Positions 42,594-54,200 of a stretch of DNA of 64,000 nucleotides are shown here, piece by piece. The position numbers and the translations under genes are program-made. How positions within the stretch are numbered: position 1 is the stretch's first letter; every line of letters starts with the position of its first letter. The stretch spans positions 704,001 to 768,000 of the forward strand of contig CBDFJR010000005.1 in NCBI GenBank assembly GCA_965248535.1, read 5' to 3'. The notes under the pieces were generated by a model. That model did not search any database. It was not told the origin of the DNA and saw only the letters and a program-made list of their open reading frames with translations. This DNA is from Phormidesmis sp. (GTDB taxonomy: Bacteria; Cyanobacteriota; Cyanobacteriia; Leptolyngbyales; Leptolyngbyaceae).

Positions 42594-44314
42594 AACACCG
42601 TTCTAACTACTGGCAACTGTTCGCCTATGTCCGCCCACAGTGGAAGATCATTGCTCAGGCAATGGTTTGTACGCTGGTGTTTACTGCAACGTGGCCCGTT
42701 TTAGCGTGGCTAGCCGGGCGCATGGCCGAGCTAATCGGGGCAGGTAAGGTGGGCGCGATCGCTGAGTTGACCAGCTTTGCCGCTGTGGTTTGGGTCGGGC
42801 AAAAGCTGGTGCAATATGGGCAAGACACTCGGATGGCCAAAGCCGCCCTGTCGATCGCCCTACAACTGCGTCAGCAAGCCTATGCCCATCTGCAACATCT
42901 CAGTCTCAGCTATTTTGAGACCATGCAGACCGGAGATCTCGCCTATCGGCTCACCGAAGATGTCGATCGCATTGGCGAGGTGGTCAATAAGCTCTTTCAT
43001 GAGTTTGTGCCCAACGTGCTGCGGCTGATCGCGGTGTTGGGCTATATGATTTGGGTCAACTGGAAGCTAACCCTGGCAACCTTGCTGATCGCGCCCCTTC
43101 TATCGTTGCTGATCGGCTGGTTTGGGGAGCGGCTTCGCAAACTGTCTCACCGCAGTCAGAGTCGGGTGTCTGACCTGTCGGGGCTAATTATTGAGATGTT
43201 GAGCGGCATTCGCTTAGTGCAAGCATTTGCGGCTGAGGAATATGTGATCGATCGCTTTAGTCGGGAGGCAGAGCGCAATCGGCAAGCCCGCTATGCGATG
43301 GAGCGCCTCAGAGCCTCTCAATATCCCGTTGTGGGATCGCTAGAGTCACTGAGTATGCTGTCACTGCTGCTGTTGGGCGGCTGGCAGATCTCTAAAGGGC
43401 AGTTGACGGGCAGCGGATTTATTAGCTATGTGACCGCCGTCGCCCTGTTGTTTGAACCGATCGCCACGATCACCAGCAGCTATAACGAGTTTAAGCAAGG
43501 CGAAGCCTCGGTCGATCGCATTTTTGAACTGCTGTGGTTAAAACCGACGATCGTAGAGAAGCCCAACGCCCCCATGCTGGCCCCCGTGATGGGGAAAGTC
43601 GAGTTTGGCAATGTCACCTTTGCTTATCAGCCCGATCGTCCGGTGCTGCAAGACTTAAATCTCCTGGTTTTGCCGGGAGAAATGATCGCCCTCGTTGGGG
43701 CATCAGGAGCCGGAAAAACTACCCTGGTGAATTTGATCCCGCGATTTTACGATCCCCAAATCGGCGATATTTGGGTCGATGGCACCAACGTGCGAGATGT
43801 CTCTCTTCGCAGTTTGCGGCGACAGATTGGGATTGTGCCCCAAGAGACGACCTTGTTTTCGGGCACGATCGCCGAAAATATTGCCTTTGGTCAGCTTAAT
43901 TTTGACCTTGATGCCGTCAAAGAAGCGGCCAAGATCGCCAATGCTCACCAGTTTATCAGCCAACTTTCAGATGGCTATAACACCTGGGTTGGCGAACGGG
44001 GCGTTAATTTATCTGGCGGGCAGCGACAGCGGTTGGCGATCGCCCGGGCCGTGTTGCTCAATCCTCGGATTCTGATTCTCGACGAAGCCACGTCAGCCCT
44101 CGATTCTGAATCTGAGTCTCTTGTGCAAGAAGCCCTAGAGCGAATCATGCAGGGGCGTACCGTGTTCATTATTGCTCACCGTCTCGCCACCGTGCGCCGC
44201 GTCGATCGGATCTTAATTTTAGAAAAGGGTCGAGTCGTAGAATCCGGCACCCATTCTGAACTGATTGCCGAAGGGGGGCGCTATGCTCGATTTTATGCCC
44301 AGCAGTTTAGCTAG
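42590..44314 (+). CDS. ABC exporter, fused permease/ATPase (MsbA-like)
   Basis: TM domain followed by GASGAGKT, LSGGQRQR, ILDEATSALD, IAHR. Confidence 0.93.
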   Translation: MKHRSNYWQLFAYVRPQWKIIAQAMVCTLVFTATWPVLAWLAGRMAELIGAGKVGAIAELTSFAAVVWVGQKLVQYGQDTRMAKAALSIALQLRQQAYAHLQHLSLSYFETMQTGDLAYRLTEDVDRIGEVVNKLFHEFVPNVLRLIAVLGYMIWVNWKLTLATLLIAPLLSLLIGWFGERLRKLSHRSQSRVSDLSGLIIEMLSGIRLVQAFAAEEYVIDRFSREAERNRQARYAMERLRASQYPVVGSLESLSMLSLLLLGGWQISKGQLTGSGFISYVTAVALLFEPIATITSSYNEFKQGEASVDRIFELLWLKPTIVEKPNAPMLAPVMGKVEFGNVTFAYQPDRPVLQDLNLLVLPGEMIALVGASGAGKTTLVNLIPRFYDPQIGDIWVDGTNVRDVSLRSLRRQIGIVPQETTLFSGTIAENIAFGQLNFDLDAVKEAAKIANAHQFISQLSDGYNTWVGERGVNLSGGQRQRLAIARAVLLNPRILILDEATSALDSESESLVQEALERIMQGRTVFIIAHRLATVRRVDRILILEKGRVVESGTHSELIAEGGRYARFYAQQFS

Positions 44315-44341
44315 CGGCTAGCCCCTTTGACTGGCTCCTCT

Positions 44342-44848
44342 ATGCAGTACTCCATTCACGCGCCCAACCCCTTTATTTGCAAAAATTTGCCTCGGCTGTT
44401 GCCCGATTGGTCGCGGCCTGTGCGATCGCTGCTGGTTGTCTTGCAGCCGTGCTCACTTGAATTGATCCAATTCACGCCCGAAACCGATGCTCAAAAACAG
44501 CAGCTTCGGCAGCAGTTTTTAGAGTTTGGGCTAAAAATTGTCTATAAGCTGCGGCAGTGGGGGCATCTAGCCGACTTATTTGATCCCCGAACCGGGCACC
44601 CCCTTTTATCTCAAGCCGGAACGCTGCGGTTAGATGATGTCGCCGTGGTGCGATCGACCCTGGGCTATGCCACCACTCAATTTGGCAACTGTTGCGGCAT
44701 CTTGCATCCCCGGTGGGGCAGCGCCGTCTATCCCTCGATTTTGATTTCTTCGGCTGAGTCGAGCCAGGTCAAATCAGCGATCGCCGACGTAGAGGGCTTG
44801 CTAGAAATCCACCATTCCTTGAGCGGCGGCGGCAGCTTGATCGAATAA
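44342..44848 (+). CDS. MMADHC/CblD-like protein
   Basis: ADLFDPRTGHPL...GCC-like (GNCC)...LHPRWGSAVYPS pattern resembling the CblD C-terminal domain; ATG at 44342. Confidence 0.65.
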   Translation: MQYSIHAPNPFICKNLPRLLPDWSRPVRSLLVVLQPCSLELIQFTPETDAQKQQLRQQFLEFGLKIVYKLRQWGHLADLFDPRTGHPLLSQAGTLRLDDVAVVRSTLGYATTQFGNCCGILHPRWGSAVYPSILISSAESSQVKSAIADVEGLLEIHHSLSGGGSLIE

Positions 44849-45162
44849 AGCGTGATCACTAGGGGATCTTGCGTCGCCTGTCCGATAATTTCGACACTAT
44901 AAGACGGACTGTTTCTCGTCGCCAAATCTGCAATCAGACGTTTGCCGATCCGCCGCCAGCTGGGTTCTTTGCTGTGCCACTCAAGGCGACAGCAGGGATA
45001 GGGCAGAGTCTCGCGATCGAACAATCGACAGCACGGGCCAATCACCCGATAGCTAAAATGAGCACCCGGACTGAAAAAAACCTGTCCATGCTTCAACGGG
45101 TGAGACCTCAGAGACCGACACTCTAGGACGCGATCGCTGCTTTTTTGATAGGGAAGATTCAC
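44728..45162 (-). CDS. Hypothetical protein
   Basis: 144-aa ORF with protein-like content (GPCCRLFDRETLPYPCCRLEW...EPSWRRIGKR); 3' end overlaps the convergent gene. Confidence 0.6.
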   Translation of the reverse strand: MNLPYQKSSDRVLECRSLRSHPLKHGQVFFSPGAHFSYRVIGPCCRLFDRETLPYPCCRLEWHSKEPSWRRIGKRLIADLATRNSPSYSVEIIGQATQDPLVITLYSIKLPPPLKEWWISSKPSTSAIADLTWLDSAEEIKIEG

Positions 45163-45294
45163 AACTGACTCAAGCGCAAACGGTTGACCAAAAGAGGTGA
45201 GAAGGGACGTGAGTTGTCATCAAGCCCTTCGCTTCTAAGATCCTAAAGCATGACCCCACGATCGGGGCAACTTCTAGCCTAAAGCTAGCGAGCT

Positions 45295-48200
45295 TCAGGC
45301 GATCGCACTGTTGTTAAACCTATCCAGTCCCTCAACTGTCCAATTGGGGTCAATCAGCCGAGGCAGAGACGTGATTAGCCCGATCGTGGTTGCGTCCTTC
45401 ATCAACCAGAGCGCGTCCTCTCCGGTGCGGCGATTGCGCCAAAGTAGATCTAAAGTTCCGTCGCCGTTATAGTCTCGGAAGCCTTCTACGTGCCAACTCA
45501 GGTCAGTCACCGGAGTCAGAAAGAGCGACTTCTCAAACTTCATGTTGTTCAGTTGCCAAATAGCATTTTCGCCCGTGCTGTAGTTGCGCCAGAAAATATC
45601 GGGTTTGCCGTCGCTGTTGAAATCTTCAACGCCTTGAATTTGCCAGTTTGAGTCAGGAACTTTGGGCAGATAGCTGGTTGACTCTAACGTGGTTCCCCTC
45701 ATTTTCCAGAAGGCAACTTCTCCGGCTTGACTACGCCACAGGATATCAATATTGCCGTCTTGGTCAAAGTCTTTGAGCGCCTGCACCTGCCAGCCTGGCC
45801 CCGCAGTCGGCGAGAAAATTCCTTCCTTAAGAGCCATGCCGTTGAGCGTCCAGATCGCCGTTTGACCCGTCGTGGTGTTGTACCAAAAAATATCTAAGAA
45901 GCCGTCGCGATCGAAGTCAGCTACTCCTTCAATGTTCCACGCGGGATCTTTAACCGGGGGCAAGTAAACCGCCGTGTTGAAGGTGATGCCATCCATCTGC
46001 CAAAACGCTACAGATCCATCTCGATAGTTGCGCCAGAGCAGATCGGTTGAGCCATCTCGGTTAAAGTCACCCGTCGCCTGAATTTGCCATCCCAAATCAG
46101 GAACTTTGGGCAGCGCCACTTCACCCGCATAGGCAGAGCTATTCAGCGTCCAAATATCGGTTTCACCCGATCGGGCATTGTGCCAGAGAATATCGAGATT
46201 GCCATCGCGATTGAAATCACCGATGTCAGAAATTGTCCAGTTGCGATCGGCGCGAGTCGGCAGCGTTAAGCTCGTTCCGTAGGTCGTGCCGTTGAGATAC
46301 CAAAGCTTGTTTTCACCCGACTGAGTGTTGCGCCAGAGAATATCTAGACTGCCATCGCGGTTGAAATCGCCAATTTTTTGCACCTGCCAGGTCGAGTCGA
46401 GAGCCGCAGAGAACAGTGAACTCCTCACATAAGTGGTGCGGTTAAGTTCCCAAGTCCCAATCTCGTTAGTGGTTTTGTTGCGCCACAGCAGGTCAAGACT
46501 GCCATCGCGGTTGAAATCGCCAATGCCTTCGATCTGCCAGCGCGGGTCGGCAACGGCAGGCAGGTTGACAATACTGGCAAGCTTTGCACCATCTAGCAGC
46601 CAGAACGCATCTTCACCCGTGCGATCGTTGCGCCAGAGTAGATCGACTTTACGATCGCCGTTAAAGTCGCCAATGCCTTTGATCTGCCAGCTTAAGTCGG
46701 TCACCCGTGGCAAATAGGACACATCAATGAAGTTGGTTCCATCCAGATTCCAAGTGGCGATTTCTCCAGTTTGATAGTTGCGCCACAGCAGATCTAATTT
46801 GCCATCGCCCGTAAAGTCGGCAATGCCTTCGACCTTCCAGGCTAAGTCTGGCACTTTGGGAAGATTGGGGGTGGTGACGATCGTGCCCAGATCCGCTCCG
46901 TTCATCAGCCAAAGATTGATCTCTCCGGTGGCCGTGTTGCGCCAGAGAAGGTCTAGACTGCCGTCTCGGTTAAAGTCTCCTTTGCCTTCAAACTGCCAAG
47001 TGGCTGCCTGGGTCGGCAACTGAGTGCTGCCCGCAAAGGTGGTGCTGTTAAGCTCCCATAAGAGGGTGTCGCCTGACTGCTGATTGCGCCAGAGAATGCC
47101 CGAATCGCTAATGATGCCTGTGTCTTTGTCGTCGTTGGCGATCGTGGCTGTTGCGCTGATCGCCGTGGTCAGAGTTGCGTTGGTTGGAGTGGTCACGGTG
47201 AGTTGGAAGGTTTCGTCTTTTTCAAAGCGGGTGTCACCCGTGGCGTTGACGGTCAGCGTCTTGCTCGTCTCACCCGGATTGAAGGTGAGCTTGCCAGCGA
47301 TCGCGGTATAGTCATTTCCGGCAGTGGTTGCCGTGCCATCGGCGGTGCTGTAGTTGACGGTGATCAGTTCACTACTCGCGTCAGACAGAGCCACCGTAAA
47401 GAGATAAGGAGTCACGCCACTGTTGCCTTCGGGCTGGCTGAGAGTGTTGGGGGTCAGGCTGATCGTGGGGCGCGTGTCGTCATTGACGATCGTGGCCACA
47501 ACGCTGCCATTAGAGGTCGAAATCGTGCTGCCGATCGTGGCGTTGCTGAGGTTGACGCTAAAGGTTTCGTTGTCCTCATACTTGGTGTCACCGTTGGCAA
47601 ACACGGTAAAAGTTTTGCTGGTTTCGGTGGGTGCAAAGGTCAACTTTCCGGCTGCTAGCAGATAGTCGTTATCCGCTAGCGTTGCCGTGCCGTTAGCGGT
47701 GCCATAATCGACCGTAATGGTTTGGCTACTGGAATTGCTCAGAGTCGCTGTGAAGACGTAGGGCACAGTGCCGCTTTTGCCTTCGGGCTGACTGGTGGTG
47801 GTCGTCGCAAGGCTGATAGTGGGGATGGGATCGTCATCCAGGATTGTGCCTGCGATCGTGCTGGTGGAGATCGTGGCATTGCTGGCGTTGCTCAAATTGA
47901 CGTTAAAGGTTTCATTGCCTTCGTATTTGGTATCTCCGATCGCCGTTACAGAGATCGTTTTGCTGGTTTCTGTCGGCAGAAAGGTCAGGGTTCCGGTGGC
48001 GCGAGTGTAGTCACTGTCGGCGATCGTGGCAGTGCCGTCACTCGTGTCATAACTAACCGTCACGGTCTGAGCGGTGGGATTGGAGAGTTTCACCACAAAC
48101 AGATTAGGACTGGCCGAGTTTTCGAGTTGACTCGCGCCAGCCGTGAGGCTGAGAGTCGGCGCAAAATCATCATTCAGTAAAGTGCCCGTGCCCTGACCTG

Positions 48201-51200
48201 CCCCGGTGATATCGGCATTGCTGGCATTAGTTAGCTGCACCGTAAAAGTTTCGTCTGGCTCAAATTTGTTGTCGCCAGTCGCAGAGACCGTGATCGTCTT
48301 TTTGAGTTCGCCAGGGTTAAAAGTCAGTTTGCCCGACGCTTGAATGAAATCGTTATCGGCGATCGTGGCTGACCCGTTGCCCGTCCCATAATCCACTCCG
48401 ATAGTTTGGCTACTGGGATTGGAGAGCGTCACCACAAACTCGATCGGAGTGATTTCGCCCACCGCTCCTTCCCGCTTAGTCGGGCTGTCAATATTCAACG
48501 TCGGACGCTTATCGTCATTGACTAGCGTTGCCGTGCCGCGCTGGTCGGCGGCCGAAATATCGGCGTTAGCGCTAGGGTTTTGCAGATCGATAAAGAAACT
48601 TTCATCTGCTTCTAGCGTGTCGTCTCCGGTGGCCAACACCGTGATTTTTTGGTTGAGCGTGTTGGGGGCAAAGGTGAGAATTCCCGACTGAGCCACATAA
48701 TCGTTGTCTGCGGTGGTCGCCGAGTTGTCCTTCGTGGTGTAGCCAACTGTCACCGTTCCGGGAGTAATCGTCGAGAGAATGACGTTAAAGACATAGGCGG
48801 TTGTTGCCCCTTTGTTGCCTTCGTTTTGGGTCACGCCACTGTCAATGCGAATCGTGGGACGAGGGGGAGCATCATCGTTGAGCAAGGTGCCTTTGCCGAC
48901 CCCAGCCGCCGCCGAGATCGTAGCGTTAGTCACCGTCGCCGGGTTGAGGGTGACGAGAAAGTTCTCATCGGGTTCAAACGTTGAGTCACCTGTTGCCAAC
49001 ACCGTGATTTTCTGACTTAAGCTATCGGGGTTAAAGGTGAGAGTGCCCGAAGCCGCCGTGTAGTCATTGTTTGCCAGCGTGGCCGATCCATCACTCGTGG
49101 CATAGTTGACCGTGATCGTTTCGCTGCTGGGGTTAGACAGACTCGCCGTGAACACATAGGGCGTGGGGCCGCTCAGTCCTTCTAGCTGAGAAAGGTTGTC
49201 GATGCTGACCGTGGGGCGAGAATCATCGTTGACGATCGTCACCGTGCCCTTGCCTGACACAGGCGAAACATCGGCGTTTCCGGCTTGACTGAGACTGACC
49301 GTAAAGTCTTCGTCGCCCTCAAATTTGGTGTCGCCTTTGCTCGAAACGGTGATGGTTTTGTTGAGTTCGCCAGGGTTAAAGGTGAGGGTGCCAGAAGCCT
49401 GAGTGTAGTCATTATCGGCGATCGTGGCCTTGCCGTCTGCCGTGCCATAGTTAACGGTGACTGTTTGAGTGCTGGGGTTAGAGAGACTAACCGTGAGGGT
49501 GCCACTGGTGCCTTCGGTGATGCTGATTTTTTGATCGATGCCGATCGTGGGTTGAAGATCGTCATTCTTGATCGTGCCGATGCCGATGCCTTCAGTCGCA
49601 GAAATCAACGCTCCGGTGCTGGGGTTTTGCAGTTTGACATTAAAGGTTTCGTCGCCTTCTAGCTTAGAGTCGCCATTGGCGAGAACGGCAAAAGTTTGGG
49701 TGAGCGTGTTGGGCGCAAAGGTCAAGGTGCCCGTTTTGGCTTGGTAGTCGAGATCGGCGATCGTGGCAGTGCCGTCTTGAGTCAGATAATCAACCGTAAC
49801 GGGAGCGTTGCTGCTGGCTGAGAGACTGACGGTAAAGATCAGTTCAGTCGTGTTTTGATTGCCTTCTTTTTGACTCACACTGTCAATTTTGAGCGTCGGA
49901 GCCGTGTCATCGTTGACGATCGTGCCTTTGCCCTGACCCTTGAGAATTCCGGCTTGTTGGGCGTTGCTAAGATTCACCAAGAAGTCTTCGTCTTTCTCTA
50001 AATTCGCATCCCCGTTTGTGATCACAGAAATTGTTTTACTGATTTCACCCGGATTGAAAGTAATGATTCCTGAAGCACTTAAATAATCGTTATCTGCTAT
50101 GGTTGCAGCACTTCCCGATACCGTTCCATCTGCAGTTGCATAATTAACCGTAGCTGTCTTATCGGTAGCATTGCTCAAACTCACCACAAAGAGATTATTT
50201 TTGGTTGTGCCTTTGTCTCCTTCAGGATTACTCACATCGCTAATGCTGATGACCGGAAGCAGATCATCGTTCGTGATCGTTCCGGTTGCGGTTGAGCTAG
50301 AGATCGAAGCATTGAGAGAATTTTTGAGAGTAACTAAAAACGTCTCGTCGCCTTCAAATTTAGTGTCCCCATTGCCTAGAGCCGTGATGGTTTTGCGCGT
50401 TTCGTTGGGGGCAAAGGTCAGAGTTCCGGCGGCGGATTGATAATCTTGATCAGCGATCGTCGCCGTCTGATCCTGAGTGGCGTAATCGACCGTAATCGTT
50501 TGATAGCTGGCATCCGACAAAGCAACCACAAAGTTGTAAGGAGTCGTGCCACTGTTTCCTTCGGCTGCCGATGCGTTTGCGATCTGGAGCAATGGCGGCG
50601 TAGTGTCGTCAGAGGTGATGATGCCCGTTGCCCGATCGGTGGCCGACAGATTGGCATTGGTGGCATTGGTCAGCTTGACGAAAAACTGTTCATCGGCTTC
50701 AAACTTTTTGTCACCTTGAGAGAACACCGTGATGGTTTGGCTGGTGGTGTTGGGTGCGAAGGTAAGCGTTCCCGATGCGGCGGTGTAATCACTATCGGCG
50801 ATCGTGGCAGTGTCGTCGATAGTCGCATAATTCACGGTGACAGCTTGACTGCTCGATTGGCTGAGATTGACGACGAATAGATAAGGAGTGCTGGCCCCAG
50901 TCGTGCCTTCAAGCTGTGCCGCAGGCGTGGTAATGCTCAAGGTTGGGCCCGGATCATCATTGAGAATGGTTGCGATCGCGGTGCTGGTCGCAGGCACGAT
51001 CGTGCCATTGTTGGGATTGCTCAACGTCACCTGAAAGGTTTCATTGCTTTCAAACTTAGTATCTCCGTTGACCAAAACGCCCAAGGTCTGCGTCAGTTGT
51101 CCCGGCGCAAAAGTGAGCTTACCCGATGCGGCGGTGTAATCATTATCCGCTAAGGTTGCCGTGCCGTTTGCCGTTGCGTAATCGACTGTGATGGTTTCTG

Positions 51201-54200
51201 TGCTGAGATTCGATAAACTAGCTGTTAAAATCAGGGGTGCAGACCCGCTATCACCTTCATTTTGAATCGCATCTGCGATCGTAATCGTCGGTCGAGCATC
51301 ATCGTTTTGAATCGTTCCCGTCGCATTCACGGCAGCAGTCAGCGTGGCGTTAGTCGCCCCATTCAACGTCACGGTAAACGTTTCATCTGGCTCAAATTTA
51401 TTATCAGCCGTCACCGCAACGGCGATCGTCTGACTGGTCTGACCCGGCGCAAAGGTAACGCTAGCTGCGGCGGCGGGTGTGTAATCACTATCGGCGATCG
51501 TTGCCGTGCCGTCGGTGGTGCTATAAGTGACGACCACGTTTTGAGTGCTGGGCTGAGATAGGGTGACAATAAAGGGCAGCGGGGTGGCAGTCGCGCTCGT
51601 GCCTTCGAGCACCTTAACGGGGGTTGCATCTAGGCTTACAGTGGGTGCCACGACTGCTTTTGCCAGCGATAGCTCCGAGGTGTTGCCGCTAGCATCGGTG
51701 GCTGTGGCGGTGATCAACTGTCCGGCTGCTACGCCAGACGCGGTAAAGCTGAAGGTTGCGGTGCCGCTTGTGTCTGTGGTGACATCTTTGAAGCCCAGAA
51801 ACGTTTTGCCTTGAGCCGCTCCCGTCGCGTCGTTGCTAAAGAACTCAACTCGGAATGAAGTGGTCGGAGTGCTGTTGAGAGTGCCTCCGATCGCCGCTCC
51901 CGTTCCAACAGGTTCGGCGATCGTCAACACCGGAAAGTTTTGCAGATTGTTGGCTCCTACATCCAAATCGCCTGCATCGTTTGCCGTTGCGCCATCTTTG
52001 CCCAGATCAATGCCTAGCCCCGTGTTGCCCGTAAAGGTGTTGACTGAAATGCGGTTTCCGGTGACGGGGCCCACGATCGCGATGCCAGATCCTTTATTTG
52101 CCGAAAGGTCACCTTGCTGAATCGTGTTGTTGCCTTGGGTGTCGATCAAAATTCCGTCTTGGGCGAAGTTTTTGATTCCTAATCCTTTAATCGTGCTGCT
52201 CCCGGCGGTGATGTGTAAGCCGCTTGCAGTCGCTCCGGCAGCAGTGCCATCCAGGACAATGAACGGCGTAAAGGTGAATCCGGTTTGGGTCGTCGCATCG
52301 ATCGTTACTCCATCGCTGATGATTGGCAAGGCAGATTGCAGCGCGATCGTTTGCACGCCAGTTCCTGGAATGGCAAAGCTAATGGTGTTTGCCCCAGGGA
52401 ATGTGTTCGCGTTAATGATTGCCTGCCGAAGCGATCCCTCTCCGCTATCGTTTGTATTAATAACCGTGGTATCGTTCGCTAAAATTGTTGTCAGCGATGT
52501 GTTATCACTTGCGCTAATGGCATATCCCGAATTGGTTGCATCTGCTGTAATGGAGAGCTTTAACGTTTCGGCGGCTTCTGCCTGCACGTCGTCTCTAGGA
52601 GTCATCTTGAGATCGATCGTATCTGCCCCTGCTAAGAATTTTAGAACAATCTCAGTCGCAGAGAAACTCACGATCGTGGCCACTGTCGGGTCAACTGACC
52701 AATCATAATCCGTTGCAGAAGCGGTGCTGGTGGGGTCGATCGCCAGTTTGACACTCAATTCTCCCGTTTTGGTCGTGCGCTTAACTTGATAGACCGCCGG
52801 ATCGTTAGCAGGAGTGACCTCGCTGGCAGAAGCGTCGATCGCGGTCAGACTGACCACAGGCAGCAATTCTTGCCCAAACACATCAAATTTATTGTTGAAG
52901 TCACCTGCAACCAAATCACCCGCATCGCTCATAAAGGCAACATAACCGCCACTGCCACTGATCACCGGAACCTGAGACACTCCTTTGCCACTATCGGTGC
53001 CCGCGCTGTTGGTGCTGATCAGCGTCGTTTTGTTGAGTAGCAGATCTCGAACAAAAATATCTTGCGCGCCATTAGTGTCACTTGCCACGAGATTAGTAGA
53101 GTAGCTAACAAACGCTACAAACCGTCCGTCTTGGCTGAGTGAAGAACCCAAAGAGCCAGTGCCGCCAAATGCCCCTCCTGTCCCTGAGCCTATGCCGCTG
53201 CCTGTCCCATCTTTATCCACGCTGACTAAAATTGTTCGGCTTTTAGTCGGGTCATTCAGGTCAATTTCGCGAACAAACACATCCTGAGCTGCATTGTTGT
53301 CAGTGGCAACTAACGTATTAAAGGTGCTGGTAAACGCAACATACACCTTGCCGCCATAGCTGCTGATCACCGGACTCGACGCAAACGCCCCACTCGCAGG
53401 CGCGCCTCCGGTCACATTGCCATAGGCTCCCGACGCATCGACACTGACCGCCGCCGTCGTGTTCTTCACCAAATCGCGAATGAACACATCTTGAGCCGCA
53501 TTGCTATCGGTGCCAAACAGATTAGTTGCACCGCTCGTAAACGCAACATAGCGCCCATCGCCACTGATCACGGCGTTGTTGGAGTCTGCATTAGCGATCG
53601 TGCCTGCACTATCTCGGCTAATCAAGGTGAGCGGAGCCGTTTTGCGATCCCACAGAAAGACTTGTTTTTGGGCAGTTGTCGGCGCTGAAATTAAATTAGT
53701 GCCATCACTCGTAAAGGTGATCAACTGTCCATCATCGCTAATCGTCGCATTCTCAGAGGTGCCATCGCTGCTGTTGGTGCTCCCATTCGCGTGGCTGATC
53801 AGCGTAGTGGTTTTTGTCGATCGCTCCCAGACAAACACATCCTGTTTAGCGTTGCCATCCCCACTGACTAAGATTAGTTGCCAGACTGGTAAAGACCACA
53901 TATTGACCGTTGCCGCTAATGATCGGATTGATCGAAGCCCGATCGCCGCTCGTGGTGCCGCCGTTGACTTTGCTGATCAGGGTTAAGGTGTCGGGCTGCG
54001 ATCGCTCCCAGATAAACAGATCGGAGGCCCCATTGCTGTCACCAGTCACCAGATCAGAGGCATCACTCACAAAGACGACAAATTGACCATCTCGACTGAT
54101 CACCGGGCTAAAAGAATTGCCGTTGCCAGAAGCCTTCGCTGGATTGCGGCTGATCAACGTCACCGTTTTGGTCTGATTGTCGCGAATGAATACATCCTGA

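Noticed and set aside
53860..53880. Programmed frameshift or phase-variable tract in the giant gene
   Set aside because: No slippery heptamer, long homopolymer or microsatellite at the break, only a TT.
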